Source of the DNA: an uncultured delta proteobacterium
Lineage (GTDB): Bacteria; Myxococcota; Myxococcia; Myxococcales; Myxococcaceae
DNA: 61,641 bases
Reading direction: 5' to 3'
Assembly: GCA_963771175.1 (NCBI GenBank)
Contig: CAVYSY010000009.1
Span: 1 to 61,641 of the forward strand
Numbering within the stretch: position 1 is the stretch's first letter; every line of letters begins with the position of its first letter. Below, in pieces: positions 50,299 to 61,044 of this stretch. The translations under genes and the position numbers were made by a program. Under the pieces are notes generated by a model. It ran no database searches and was not told where the DNA came from. It worked only from the letters and a program-made list of their open reading frames with translations.

Positions 50299-51300
50299 CT
50301 ATGCGTTGCGCTGTGCTCGTCGCGCGCGCGGTGCCTCGCCGGTTTCGCGCCGGAAGATGCGCCGGAACGCCGCCGCATCGGCGTAACCGACTCGAGCCGC
50401 AACCTCGTCGACCGATCGCCGCGTGGTCTCGAGCAAGTGCACGGCCTGGGCGACGCGCAAGCGTTGTGCGAAGCGCAGCGGCGTAGTGCCCAACGCCTTC
50501 TCGATTTTGCGGGCGAGCGTACGCGGTGACGTGGCCGTGGCGCGAGCCATCTGCGGTACCGTGAGCTGTCGCTGGATGTTGGAAGCGATGAAGCGTTCGA
50601 GCGCCTGAATCACGGGATCTGCGCTGCGGAGGTGCTCCATCACCATGTAGCGTGCCTGCGAGGCGCGCTCGTCGAGCACCAGATATCTGGCGACCAGATG
50701 AGCGAGAGAAGGGCTCAGCGTCTGGGCCAGGAGCGCGAGCATGAGGTCCGCGTGCGCGAATGCGGAGCCGGCGGTGAAGACGCGACCTGACCCAACCACC
50801 ATCCGATCGGTGCGCAACGTGACGCGCGGGAAGCGCTGGGCAAACGTCGGGCCGAGCCACCACGTCGTCGTGGCTTCGCGACCGTCGAGCACACCCGAGG
50901 CCGCGAGCACGAAGGTCGCCGAGCAGGATGCGGCGACCAGCACGCCTTTGGCCGCCGCGCGCGCGACCAGCTCGCTGGCGCGCGCGATATCTGTGCGCTC
51001 GAGCGCGGCGGCGATCTCGGGTGCCGTCGCCTTCCCGAGCCCCGGCAGTACGAGCACGTCGCCCGAGCCCAGCCCACGCAGACTGAGCGCGCCATCCACC
51101 GCGAGGATGCGATTGGCTGCGGTTCGAACCGGCGCGCCGTCGATGGACACAATGCGCGTGCGAGCCGGCAGGCTGTTCTCGGGTAGAGCGATGAGCCCTG
51201 CCTGCACGACGCGCGCCGCTGCGCCCAAGATGTCGAGAGTGACGCCCACTGGACCATCGGCGACCCCGTCGAACACGAGCTGCGTGAAGTTCCTCGGCAT
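50299..51300 (-). CDS. GlxA/AraC family regulator (DJ-1/PfpI plus HTH)
   Basis: VAASCSATFVLA..G.LDG.EATTTWW; SPRTLAR; VGYADAAAFRRIFRR. Confidence 0.92.
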   Translation of the reverse strand: MPRNFTQLVFDGVADGPVGVTLDILGAAARVVQAGLIALPENSLPARTRIVSIDGAPVRTAANRILAVDGALSLRGLGSGDVLVLPGLGKATAPEIAAALERTDIARASELVARAAAKGVLVAASCSATFVLAASGVLDGREATTTWWLGPTFAQRFPRVTLRTDRMVVGSGRVFTAGSAFAHADLMLALLAQTLSPSLAHLVARYLVLDERASQARYMVMEHLRSADPVIQALERFIASNIQRQLTVPQMARATATSPRTLARKIEKALGTTPLRFAQRLRVAQAVHLLETTRRSVDEVAARVGYADAAAFRRIFRRETGEAPRARRAQRNA

Positions 51301-51373
51301 CTGGCAAGAATAGACCGAAAATCGACGGTTTTGCCACTCACGGGCCGTGCTCGACCACCCGATAATCGTGCGC

Positions 51374-52210
51374 ATGAAACGAGCTGCGATGATTCCGAAG
51401 CGCGATTTGAACGAGGACGATCCACTCGATGACTTCGAGCGCCGCCCGATCACCCTCAACGACGTCACGAAGGTGGTTTACGTCGCCGGCACCGGGCCCG
51501 CGGTGATCGTGATGACCGAGATGCCCGGCATCAGCCCACATGTCGCTCGCTTCAGCCGGTGGGTTCGAGACGCGGGGTTCACCGTGTACATGCCGTCGTT
51601 GTTCGGCCGCGATGGCGCCGTCCCCCAAGCCGAGGAAGGTAAGGCCGTGTTGCAGCGTGCTTGTGTCAGCGCCGAGTTCCGCGCCTTTGCCGCCAACGAG
51701 TCGAGCCCGGTGACACAGTGGCTGCGCTCGCTGGCGAGGCTGGCGCACGAGCAGTGCGGCGGCCGGGGCGTGGGCGCGATCGGGATGTGCTTCACCGGCA
51801 ACTTCGCGCTCACGATGATGCTCGAGCCCTCGATGCTCGCTCCGGTGCTGTGTCAGCCGTCGCTGCCGTTCAACGACCCTGCCGGCATGCACATCGCGCC
51901 CGATGAGCTGGCGACCGTTCGAAAACGCCTCGAGCGCGACGACCTCACCGTCATGGGCTACCGCTTCGAGGGCGATCGGTTCTGCACGGCACAGCGGTTC
52001 GCCGCGTACGCTGAAGCGCTCGGAGACCGCTTCGTCGCGCGCGCGCTTCCCGCCAGCGCGGCCAACCGGGAGACCCCGCCGTTCTTCGAGCGCGTGGTGG
52101 CTTGCCCGCACAGCGTGGTCACCGCCCACCTGATCGACGAAGCAGGCCAGCCGACGATCATGGCGCGCGACGAGATCCTGTCGTTCTTCACGCAACGGCT
52201 CGCCGGCTGA
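51374..52210 (+). CDS. Dienelactone hydrolase family protein
   Basis: EMPGI, GAIGMCFTG nucleophile Cys, HSVVT; divergent from the AraC gene. Confidence 0.9.
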   Translation: MKRAAMIPKRDLNEDDPLDDFERRPITLNDVTKVVYVAGTGPAVIVMTEMPGISPHVARFSRWVRDAGFTVYMPSLFGRDGAVPQAEEGKAVLQRACVSAEFRAFAANESSPVTQWLRSLARLAHEQCGGRGVGAIGMCFTGNFALTMMLEPSMLAPVLCQPSLPFNDPAGMHIAPDELATVRKRLERDDLTVMGYRFEGDRFCTAQRFAAYAEALGDRFVARALPASAANRETPPFFERVVACPHSVVTAHLIDEAGQPTIMARDEILSFFTQRLAG

Positions 52211-52245
52211 GCCCGGAGTGGGTCCTCTCGTCCAGGGCCACCAGG

Positions 52246-53931
52246 TCAGGGGGCGGTCCGGGAAGGCGTCAACGCGCGGGTCGGATCGAAGCGGGCCTCG
52301 CATTCCCGGATGCGCTCGTCGGTGAGGGGCTCGCGGCGGGAGGCCACCACGAACTGGCCCCCCTTGCGGGCGAGGTTGGGCTCGAAGCAATCGAAGTAAC
52401 CAGGAGGGGGCTGGCGATCATGGGCCATGAGGCGGTTCTCCCGCTGGGTGGTGCTCACCGGAGTGCGCGCCACCACCCGGTCGTTGAGTCCGAAGTAGTC
52501 GAGAATGACCACCTCGGGCATCGCCCAGGAGGGCACGCCCACGGTCTTCCAGACCAGCACGAGCCGCGTCGTGGGATCTCCGAACTTCAGCTGCTCACCC
52601 ACCTCGCGCGGTGGGAGGATCTGTCGCTGAAACTCGTAGAGAATCTTGTGCTCCTGATGTCTCAGGCCCACATGGTGGCGCACGAGCCACTGCTGTTGCG
52701 CGTCGAAGAGACGGGCGTAGGCGCTCACTCCCGGGGGGAACGCGTCCGCCACGGGCTGGAAGAGCAGGTGGGTGCTCTCACGGGTCGTCAGCGTGTGGGT
52801 GCGCGCGTAGTGGACCCAGGGCAGCGGCAGGCTGAGCAGGAGGAAGAGGCCCCCGCAGATCGCCGCGCTCCTCGGTGAGGCGTCCAGCCACGCGAGGAAG
52901 CCCACGAAGGAGACCATCAACGGCAGCACGAGGTGCGCGTAGATGCGGTACTCGAAGTGGTCCCCGCCGATGATGAGGGTGTAGTAGGCGAAGTGCGCCG
53001 CGAGCACCGCCACGACCGTGACGGTGCCGGGCCGGGCGCTCACCGCGCTCACGACGCGCCGCCAGCCCAGGCGCCGGAGGACGGCCACGGTGGCGGCGCC
53101 TCCCACCACCAGCCAGCTCCACAGCGCGTACTCCAGGACGAACGACAGGGCATAGCGCAGGCCACTCTCGGGCCAGGCCTCCACGTGTTTGGCGAAGTAC
53201 GTGTTGGGGACCCACTCTCCATAGGTGGCATGGCGCCAGAGCAGGTGCACGGCATCGAGCAGCAGGGGCAGCCCCGCCAGCATCCAGCGGCCCCGGGGCG
53301 CCGCCGCCAGGAAATAGCCCACGGCGAGCAACCCGCTGGCCAGCACCATCAACTGCCCGTCCGGCCGGGTGAGCGCGGTGAGGGCCGCGGCCGTGCAGGA
53401 CACCGCGAGCGCACGGGGTCCACCGCCCCGGCCCAGCTCGAGCGTGGCGACGATCCAGAGCGTGGTGCAGAAGGTGAAGAGGGCGGTCTCCAGACCGGAG
53501 CTCATCCACGCGAGGAAGGTCCGGTTGGAGAGCACGCCCACCAGGACCGCCACCGCAAGCGCGAAGCGATGGCGCTCGAGTGCGGGGGGCAGGGCCATGC
53601 GCCACACCCAGGTGAAGCCCAGCGCGAGCGTGCCGTAGGCGAGCAGCAGGGACACGGGGTTGGCGGCGTCGGGCGGCTCCACGCCCGTCAGTCTCCAGAC
53701 GCCTTCCAGCAGCACCATCCAGAGGAAGTTGGAGTAGCCCTCCACGGGGCGGAACGGGGGCGGATTCCACGTATAGCCCCAGCCCCGCATGTGGTTGCTG
53801 ATGTAACGGAAGGTGATGAACGCGTCGTCCGTGAGAAACCAGAACGTGCTCCATCCCACGTACGCCGCCACGGCGAGCAGGATGAGCACCACCAGTCGGA
53901 GAGGACTCAAGTCTCGGACGGAGCGCGTCAT
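52246..53931 (-). CDS. Second AftB-like GT-C membrane glycosyltransferase
   Basis: DDAFITFRY..N...G.G.TWN...VEGYSNFLW, SGLET, RPDG, PNTYFAK, GGDHF, DYFGLND. Confidence 0.75.
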   Translation of the reverse strand: MTRSVRDLSPLRLVVLILLAVAAYVGWSTFWFLTDDAFITFRYISNHMRGWGYTWNPPPFRPVEGYSNFLWMVLLEGVWRLTGVEPPDAANPVSLLLAYGTLALGFTWVWRMALPPALERHRFALAVAVLVGVLSNRTFLAWMSSGLETALFTFCTTLWIVATLELGRGGGPRALAVSCTAAALTALTRPDGQLMVLASGLLAVGYFLAAAPRGRWMLAGLPLLLDAVHLLWRHATYGEWVPNTYFAKHVEAWPESGLRYALSFVLEYALWSWLVVGGAATVAVLRRLGWRRVVSAVSARPGTVTVVAVLAAHFAYYTLIIGGDHFEYRIYAHLVLPLMVSFVGFLAWLDASPRSAAICGGLFLLLSLPLPWVHYARTHTLTTRESTHLLFQPVADAFPPGVSAYARLFDAQQQWLVRHHVGLRHQEHKILYEFQRQILPPREVGEQLKFGDPTTRLVLVWKTVGVPSWAMPEVVILDYFGLNDRVVARTPVSTTQRENRLMAHDRQPPPGYFDCFEPNLARKGGQFVVASRREPLTDERIRECEARFDPTRALTPSRTAP

Positions 53932-54062
53932 GCCCTGAGGGGCCCGGAGGTCGTCATGGGCCGTGCGGCATACCCCAGGCCGTGGCGTGACGCCACGGTC
54001 TGCAACAGCAGGCCACGATCGGCGGCCTCCACCCATTGCCTTACGTGACGACTCTCGCGAGC

Positions 54063-57000
54063 TCAGGGGGCTGAGACAGGCAGCGATTGCGTCTCCACGT
54101 TCCAACCACGGAGCCGCACCATGGGGGGGCCGTTCAAGCCTTCGGCCGGATGGAGCGCACGGATGACGCGCCGCTCCCCCGGAGCGAGCGTGATGTCATT
54201 GTCATCCCAGCGGGTCGGGCGCAGCTCCTTGCTCGAGCCCGCCGGCCCTCCTTCTCCGGTCATCACCTCGAGCCTGACGAAGAAAGCCATGGTGTCCGAG
54301 CGATTCTCGAGCGTGATGGCCAGTGTGCCGACTCGCCCCCGCACCTCTCCCGTGGCCCGCGCTGCCACCGACGCCTGGGGAAGGCGGCGGAGCGCCGAGA
54401 AGTTCGCGAAGCTCGCCTGCAGGGTGATCCACCCGCTGGATGCGCTCCAATCCATGATGTCTGGCTGGGCGGACAACCAATAGACGTTCCGACTCACCAG
54501 TCTCGCGTTCGCATCCCGGAGGGTCAGCACGAGGAAGCTGGTCTCTGATTGCGCCAGCGTCATGGGCACCGGGAAGAGACGCTGGGCACTGTCTGGAGAC
54601 AGGTCCATGGCGACCGAAGCGCTCCATCGCTCCTTGCCATCGAGCTCGAACAGCCGGGCCGTCGCGGTGAGCTCCACCGCGGGGCTCAGGGTCTGGTTCA
54701 CTGCCACGACCGAGTGGTCATCGTACGAGTACTGGATGTGCAGGGGCTCATTCGCCTTCTTGACACCAAAGTAGGACCCCTCCTGCCCGAGCTCGTAGTC
54801 GAACAGGTTCCAGTGCAGCGAAGGCCAGGCGCTGTTCAGCATCCATTGGATGACCCCCGTCGCCGAGGCGTACTTGTTCCGGCTGTACGCTTCGAACATC
54901 GCGCGCTCGGTCTCGTAGTGGGAGAGCTGCGCCTTGGCTACGTAGTCCTCGAGGCTCTCGGGTGTGCCATAGCGCTGGGTGAGTGCCAGATGAAAGTCGG
55001 CCAGGCTGTCGGAGGGCGGGCTGGTTCCCGCATGGTATTGCGGCTCCTCGGGTCTCTTCCAGAGGGCCTCCATCTCGTGTGGAGCCAGCGCCCGCTCGAG
55101 TGCCTCGACAGAGGGGATGGCCGCCCCCGGTCCTATCTCCGAGGCGAACCCGAACGCGCCTCCTCGGGACGTATCGGCGAACCAGTAGACCGGGGGAACC
55201 CATCCGTAGGGCCCTTCCATCTTCATGCCACTCGAGCCCAGGAGGATGGCGGGGCGCGAGGAAGCGCTGGGAATGATCGGGTTGGGCCACCTGGATGCGT
55301 GAAGCGCATCGACGTACATCCGCTCGACATCCACGGACGCCCCGTCCGGCCGGGGCACGGTGTTGGGAGGGGCCACGTCGCTTCCCACCAGGAACGCGGC
55401 CACGCTGGGATGCCCTCGGAGGGTTCGGGCCTGACTCTCCATCGAGCGCGCCGCCACCTGGAAGTTCTCGTCCGGCCAATCCGCCCAGCGCTCCCAGGGA
55501 CTGCAGCAGACCCATCCCGGGAGCACCAGGATGCCTCGCCGATCCGTCTCCTCATAGAAGGCCTCTGACTCCAGCTGCCCCTCGAGGCGCAGGGTGTTGA
55601 GGCCAAGGTCTTCGACGTAATCGAGCTGGGCATTCAACTGGCCGGAGGACTCTCGCAGGAGCAGGTCGCGAGTCCAACCCGCCCCCCGGAGGAGGAGGGG
55701 CCGGCCGTTCACACGAAACAGACGGTGCCCCTCCGCCGTGAGCTCCGAGGTGATCTCCCGAATCCCGAAGGCCACGGTGCGCGAGTCGGAGGGCACGCCG
55801 TCGGCCTCGGCCTGGACGTCGAGCATGTAGCGCTCGGGGTTGCCGAAAGGCCGCGGCCACCACAGGCGCGGTGACGAGACCCGGAGACCCGGAACGTCCT
55901 GCTCGGTGAATACAAGCTCCCTGCTCTCCCGCGCGCCGAGCGTCAGCTCCCGCTGGAACGAGACCGTGTCGAAGCTGCCCCGCACGGTCGCCGTCAGGGG
56001 AGAATCGGTCGTGTTGCGGACATCGAGCTGGACGGTCAGGTGCGCCGTCTCGAGGCCCGGGTCGACGCGAGCGGTGACCTGTGGGCTGCTCTCGAGGGCG
56101 AGCGGCCCGCTCCGGGTGAGATACACGTCATTCCAGAGCCCCATGTCGAGATCGGGCGCCTCGGGGTTCCAATCCACCCAGATCCAGGTGAGCGAATGGC
56201 TCCCGGCTGGCGGCGAGACCCGGATGGCGACGGCGTTCGCCTCGCCCGGCTTCACGTATGGAGTCACGTCGAGCGCGAAGGTACGAAAGGTGCCGACCGC
56301 CTCGCTGGCGTCAATGACTCGCGAGCCATTGACCCAGACCTCGGCCCGGTAGTTGAGGCCGTCGAGGTGAAGCACGGTCGAGGTCTTCCGCGGGTCCGCC
56401 GGCAGGGTGAATTCCGTCCGGTACCACCAGGGCACGGCGAAACGGGACCGGTCCACCTGCGCCATCTGGTTCGAGAAGAAGAGGTCGGGGTACTCCCCGT
56501 TCTGGACCAGATTCGCCATCACGGTTCCCGGCACCGTGGCGGAAACCAGTCCGCCGCGGAGTACCCGGCCATCGATACCTGAGCGCCTCCCTCGGATACC
56601 TGGGCGGACGATTGAATCCTCCAGTTGCTCGACAGCGCGAGGCGCTCGCAGGCGCCGCAGACCCGGAGGCCACCGCAGCCATCCGGAATCACGCCGCAAC
56701 TGAGCTGCTGCTCGGAGCAGGTCTTCGGAAGGCAACTGGCGGGCGAGGGGGAGGCGGGTCGGGCCTCGACCACCTGGAGCCCGCCGAGTCCGGTTTCCTC
56801 CGGCTCCGTCAGCGAGCGTCCCTCTTCGTCGACGACCTTGACGAGGGCGCGGTACGAACCGGGCGGGAGGTCCAGCGGGACGCGGTAGGCGTACACCTCC
56901 GTGCGCGACTGCTCCGCGTCGAGCGACAGCTGGGTCCACTCCCGGGTATCGAGGGTGCTCCCATCGGGGGCGCGGAGGATGAGGGTCGCTTGGAGGGAGA

Positions 57001-57220
57001 CACGGTCCTTCGTCTGGTTCGCCAGAACCGCACGAAAAACCACTTCGTCTCCCGGCATCGGTTCTTCAGGTGCCGTGGAGCCGGAGACCGCGAGCCGGGG
57101 CGTTTCTCGCTCACACGAGCAGCCATCTCCAAGAACACAGACCAGCAGGGCGAGCAGGAGGCATCGCAGGGTGCGGCTCGCGTCTGGATGGGCGAGCAGC
57201 TTCCGTGAGGAGGGAGGCAT
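54063..57220 (-). CDS. GH2 exo-beta-D-glucosaminidase (CsxA-like) with N-terminal Ig-like and Cys-rich modules; frameshift near 56545
   Basis: TVPGTV, WWYRTEF, WVDWNP.APD, LNTLRLEG, GWVCC..WE, GSD, SGMKMEGPY.WVPP.YW, FASE, QWMLNSAWPSLHW. Confidence 0.88.
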
Positions 57221-57361
57221 ATGGGAGACCCAGCCTATCGCACTGCCGTCCGGCTGCGCTCGGCCCGCTTGTGGACCTCCTCGAGCGAGGAGGCCTGGGA
57301 CGCATGCCAGGGATGTCGGCTATGATCCACCCCCTCTCTCCCTTTGCAACCGAGGTGTAAG

Positions 57362-58816
57362 ATGAAGCGAGGCATGGGACGCCGGTCGCTCCTCCAGGGC
57401 GCGTTGGCCGTGGCCGCCGTCACGGCGTTCGACCCGGTGAACAAGAGCTGGGCGACCGAGCCGGGTCCGCGCACGCTCGCCATTCCAGAGTTCGATGGTC
57501 AGCTGTTCCTGGACGAGGCGACGCGCACGGCGGCCGCGGAGGACTTCGGCCACATCATCCACCGGCAGCCGCTGGCGGTGCTGGTCCCGGGCTCGGTGGA
57601 GGACATCGTCAAGGTGGTGCGCTTCGCGCGGGCGCACGGGCTGAAGGTGGCGGCGGCGCGCGGGCTCGGCGAGAGCCATAGCACCCAGGGCCAGGCGCAG
57701 GTGGAGGCCGGCGTCGTCATCTCCATGACGGGCCTGTCCACCATCCACGAAATCAACGCGGCGGATGCCTGGGTGGACGCGGGCGTGCGGTGGAGGCAGC
57801 TGCTGGAAGCCACGCTGCCCGTGGGCAAGAGCCCGCCCACGCTGACGGACTTCATCGAGCTGAGCATTGGCGGGACGCTCTCGGTGGGCGGCATCGGCGG
57901 GCAGACCTACCGCTCGGGCCTGCAGGTGGACAACGTGCTGGAGCTGGAGGTGGTGACGGGCACCGGGGAGCTCGTGCGGTGCTCGCCCTCGAAGAACCGC
58001 GTCCTGTTCGACGCCGTGCGCGCGGGTCTGGGCCAGTTCGGCATCATCGTACGGGCCCGGGTGCGGCTGGTGGACGTGCCCTCGCACGCGCGCACGTATA
58101 CGGCGCTCTACAGTGACCTCGGCACCTTCCTGCGCGACCAGACGGCGCTCATCGACGAGGGCCGCTTCGACTACGTCGAGGGCAATGCGCAGGCGGCCAA
58201 CGGCGGCTGGGTGTACCAGCTGGAGGTGGCGAAGTACTTCGACCCCGGGGCCGAGCCCGATGACGCGCGGATGCTGGCCGGGCTGTCCTTCCTGCCGGGC
58301 AGCGCGCAGAGCCACGACACCACGTACTTCGAGTTCGCCAACCGGCTCGCGCCGCTCGTGGAGTTCCTCACGGCGATTGGCGTCTGGGGTTTCCCGCATC
58401 CCTGGCTGAACATCTTCGTGCCCGAGCGCGAGGCGGAGTCCTTCATCGGGCAGGTGCTCGCCGGCACCACGGACGCGGACATGGGACAGGGCCCGGTGCT
58501 CCTCTACCCCATCCACCGCAACCGGCTCACCGCGCCGTTCTCGCGCATGCCCGAGTCGCGGCACGTCTTCATCCTGTCGCTGCTGCGCACGGCCGTGCCG
58601 CCCACGCCGGACACGGCGGCGGCGCTCGTCGCGAAGAACCGCGCCATCTACGAGCAGCTCACGGCCATCGGAGGCAAGCGCTACCCCATCGACTCCGTGC
58701 CGATGAGCGCCGCCGACTGGCGTGAGCACTTCTCCTCGTTCTGGGAGCGCTTCGAGCACGCCAAGCGGAGGTTCGATCCGGACCACGTGCTCTCGCCGGG
58801 CCAGGGCATCTTCTGA
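57362..58816 (+). CDS. Tat-exported FAD-linked oxidase, cytokinin dehydrogenase (CKX)-like
   Basis: GRRSLL Tat motif; ARGLGESHSTQGQA, LSIGGTLSVGGIGG, GLGQFGII, DYVEG, PHPWLNIFVP, FDP..LSPGQGIF. Confidence 0.88.
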   Translation: MKRGMGRRSLLQGALAVAAVTAFDPVNKSWATEPGPRTLAIPEFDGQLFLDEATRTAAAEDFGHIIHRQPLAVLVPGSVEDIVKVVRFARAHGLKVAAARGLGESHSTQGQAQVEAGVVISMTGLSTIHEINAADAWVDAGVRWRQLLEATLPVGKSPPTLTDFIELSIGGTLSVGGIGGQTYRSGLQVDNVLELEVVTGTGELVRCSPSKNRVLFDAVRAGLGQFGIIVRARVRLVDVPSHARTYTALYSDLGTFLRDQTALIDEGRFDYVEGNAQAANGGWVYQLEVAKYFDPGAEPDDARMLAGLSFLPGSAQSHDTTYFEFANRLAPLVEFLTAIGVWGFPHPWLNIFVPEREAESFIGQVLAGTTDADMGQGPVLLYPIHRNRLTAPFSRMPESRHVFILSLLRTAVPPTPDTAAALVAKNRAIYEQLTAIGGKRYPIDSVPMSAADWREHFSSFWERFEHAKRRFDPDHVLSPGQGIF

Positions 58817-58978
58817 GCGTGAACGCCTACGCATGGGCGGAAGAGAGCCCATGTCGCGCCTGGAGGCGCGGTCCGCCCTCCGCGGCTGCTCGCGGAGGCG
58901 GGCCGGCACTGAGTTCCACCGCCGGCTCCGCGCGTGATTCGATGGCCCCCCCGAGGCGGGGAAGGAGGAGCACGGAAG

Positions 58979-59437
58979 ATGCAGACCGGAAGCGGAGTGG
59001 GCATCGCACGGGTGGAGGTGGAAGTGACGGTGGGGGCGCCGCGGGAGCGGGTGTGGCGGGCGCTGGTGGAGGAGGCGGGCCAGTGGTGGCCGCGAGACTT
59101 CTACGTGGGGCGCGAGCCGAAGGGCTTCGTCATCGAGGCGCGCCCGGGAGGCCGGGTGTACGAGGACTGGGGCAACGACGCGGGGGCGCTCTGGTACACG
59201 GTGCTGGTGGTGGAGCCGCCAGCGGTGCTGGAGCTGGCGGGGCACCTGACACCGGCATTCGGAGGGCCGGCGACGACGATGGCGCGCCTCACCCTGAAGG
59301 AGGACGGAGACAAAACGGTGGTGCGGGTGGAGGACGCGATGTTCGGCCGGGTGGACGAGCACACGGTGCCGCGGCTGCGAGAGGGCTGGCGCACGCTGCT
59401 GGGCGCAGGAGGGCTCAAGGCCCACGTGGAGCGCTGA
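58979..59437 (+). CDS. SRPBCC/AHSA1 domain protein
   Basis: APRERVWRAL..WW, RPGGRVYE, EGW. Confidence 0.85.
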   Translation: MQTGSGVGIARVEVEVTVGAPRERVWRALVEEAGQWWPRDFYVGREPKGFVIEARPGGRVYEDWGNDAGALWYTVLVVEPPAVLELAGHLTPAFGGPATTMARLTLKEDGDKTVVRVEDAMFGRVDEHTVPRLREGWRTLLGAGGLKAHVER

Positions 59438-59495
59438 GCCCCTCGAGCAGACGTCGCTCAGCCGCCAGAGTGCAAGGCGCGTCTCGCCTCCCCGG

Positions 59496-59999
59496 TTACA
59501 GCAGCCGCACCAGCTCCGACACATGCGGGTCATGCTCGCCGGCCTGGGCGAGCGCCTCCGCCAGAAGCCGCACGTAGTCGCGGTTCGCGCCGCTGGGGCC
59601 GTGGGAGGTGCGCACTACCGCCGCGATCTCCTCCAGCGCGGCCGGTCCCAGGTAGTGGGGGTTGGACGGGCCGGCCACGTACACCACGGCCTCCAGGGAC
59701 GGGGGCTCGCGCGTCTCCAGCCGCACCTGGTGCCGCTCGTAGCCGCCCTGCTCACGGAAATCCAGGTGGGCCAGCACCTCCTCCACGCGCTCGGTGGCGA
59801 TCCGGTACGCCATGCCCCAGCAGCGCGCGCCGGGCTCTGGCACGAGCGTCACCACCCGCCCGGGGGCCTCCGGTACGCCCCGGTGGTCCGTCGAGCCCTG
59901 CCAGAAGCGCCGCGCCCAGTCCCTCAGCCACGCCTCACGGCGCTCCTCGTAGGGGAAGGAGGGACGGAAGATGAGTGAGCCGTAGCCGAATATCCACAT
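59496..59999 (-). CDS. chaC: Glutathione-specific gamma-glutamylcyclotransferase
   Basis: WIFGYGSL, RRFWQGSTDHRG.PEAPGRVVTL, LDFRE, GPSGANRDY. Confidence 0.9.
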   Translation of the reverse strand: MWIFGYGSLIFRPSFPYEERREAWLRDWARRFWQGSTDHRGVPEAPGRVVTLVPEPGARCWGMAYRIATERVEEVLAHLDFREQGGYERHQVRLETREPPSLEAVVYVAGPSNPHYLGPAALEEIAAVVRTSHGPSGANRDYVRLLAEALAQAGEHDPHVSELVRLL

Positions 60000-60078
60000 G
60001 GGAGCGTCCGCGCTTCCCAGGCTCTCCAGACCCCCGTCCGGTGTCAACGTCCCTCTCGCGCTCGAGCACCTTTGGGCC

Positions 60079-61032
60079 TCAGTGGGCGGGCGCCAGTGCC
60101 TCCGCCAGCGCCGCGATGTGCCGGTCATCGGTACCGCAGCAACCTCCGAGGAGGCGCATCCCCAGCTCCGTGCGAAGGCTGGCCAGCTCCCGCGCGAAGG
60201 TGGCCGGGTCGCCGCTGTCGAGCTCCGCGCGCCCGTCGAGCTCCTCGGGGCTGAGCCGTGAGGCGTTGGCCTGCAGGCCCACCAGGCGCTGCCGCAGGTT
60301 CGGCCAGGCGTCCACCTGCCGCAGGAAGGCCTCGCGGAAGCTCGAGGGGTGGACGCAGTTCACGATGAACGCGGCGGGGCGAGGTTCCGCGAGCGCGTCG
60401 AGCCGCTCCACCGCCTCTCCGAGCGGCGTGCCATCGAGCAACGTCCCGGTCGGGCGGATGACGAAGCTGATTACATAGGGCACCCCGGTCCGAGCCATCG
60501 CGAGCGCCAGCCCCTCCGCCTCGGAGATGGCGGGGAGCGTCTGGGGCACGAGGAAGTCCACCCCGGCCGCGGCGAGGCCCTCGACCTGCCACGCATGGAA
60601 GGCGGCGGCTTCCTCGCGCGAGAGTGCTTCCTCCGGCCGGTAGGCATCACCGCGGCAGCCGATGAGCCCGCCGATGAGGATGGGAGGTGTCGCGCTACCC
60701 GCCTCGCGACGGACAGCGGCGAGCAGACCGAAGGCATCGCCGAGAACGTCACGGTCCGCGAGTCCCGCGCGCTCGAGCCGCTCGCGGTTGGCCCTCCAGG
60801 TCGGCGTGAGGAGGACGGTGGGCAGACCGTGGCGGAGGCCAATCGCCAGATAGTCGCGGTAGATGCCGGCGAGCGCCTCACGACCGCGCGGTGAGTACAG
60901 GAGCCCCGCATTGGCCACATGCGGATCGATCAGGCCGTCGGGGTGGCGGCGCAAGCGCTCGACGACCGAGCCCTCGGTCAGAATGAGCGGGGCCTCGTGG
61001 AGCGTGCGGAGGAAGAGGGAAGACGGAGTCAT
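60079..61032 (-). CDS. Homocysteine S-methyltransferase family protein
   Basis: TPTWRAN, G.RGDAY, VNCVHP and GGCCGT Zn-ligand motifs. Confidence 0.88.
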   Translation of the reverse strand: MTPSSLFLRTLHEAPLILTEGSVVERLRRHPDGLIDPHVANAGLLYSPRGREALAGIYRDYLAIGLRHGLPTVLLTPTWRANRERLERAGLADRDVLGDAFGLLAAVRREAGSATPPILIGGLIGCRGDAYRPEEALSREEAAAFHAWQVEGLAAAGVDFLVPQTLPAISEAEGLALAMARTGVPYVISFVIRPTGTLLDGTPLGEAVERLDALAEPRPAAFIVNCVHPSSFREAFLRQVDAWPNLRQRLVGLQANASRLSPEELDGRAELDSGDPATFARELASLRTELGMRLLGGCCGTDDRHIAALAEALAPAH

Positions 61033-61044
61033 GGAATCAGCCCT

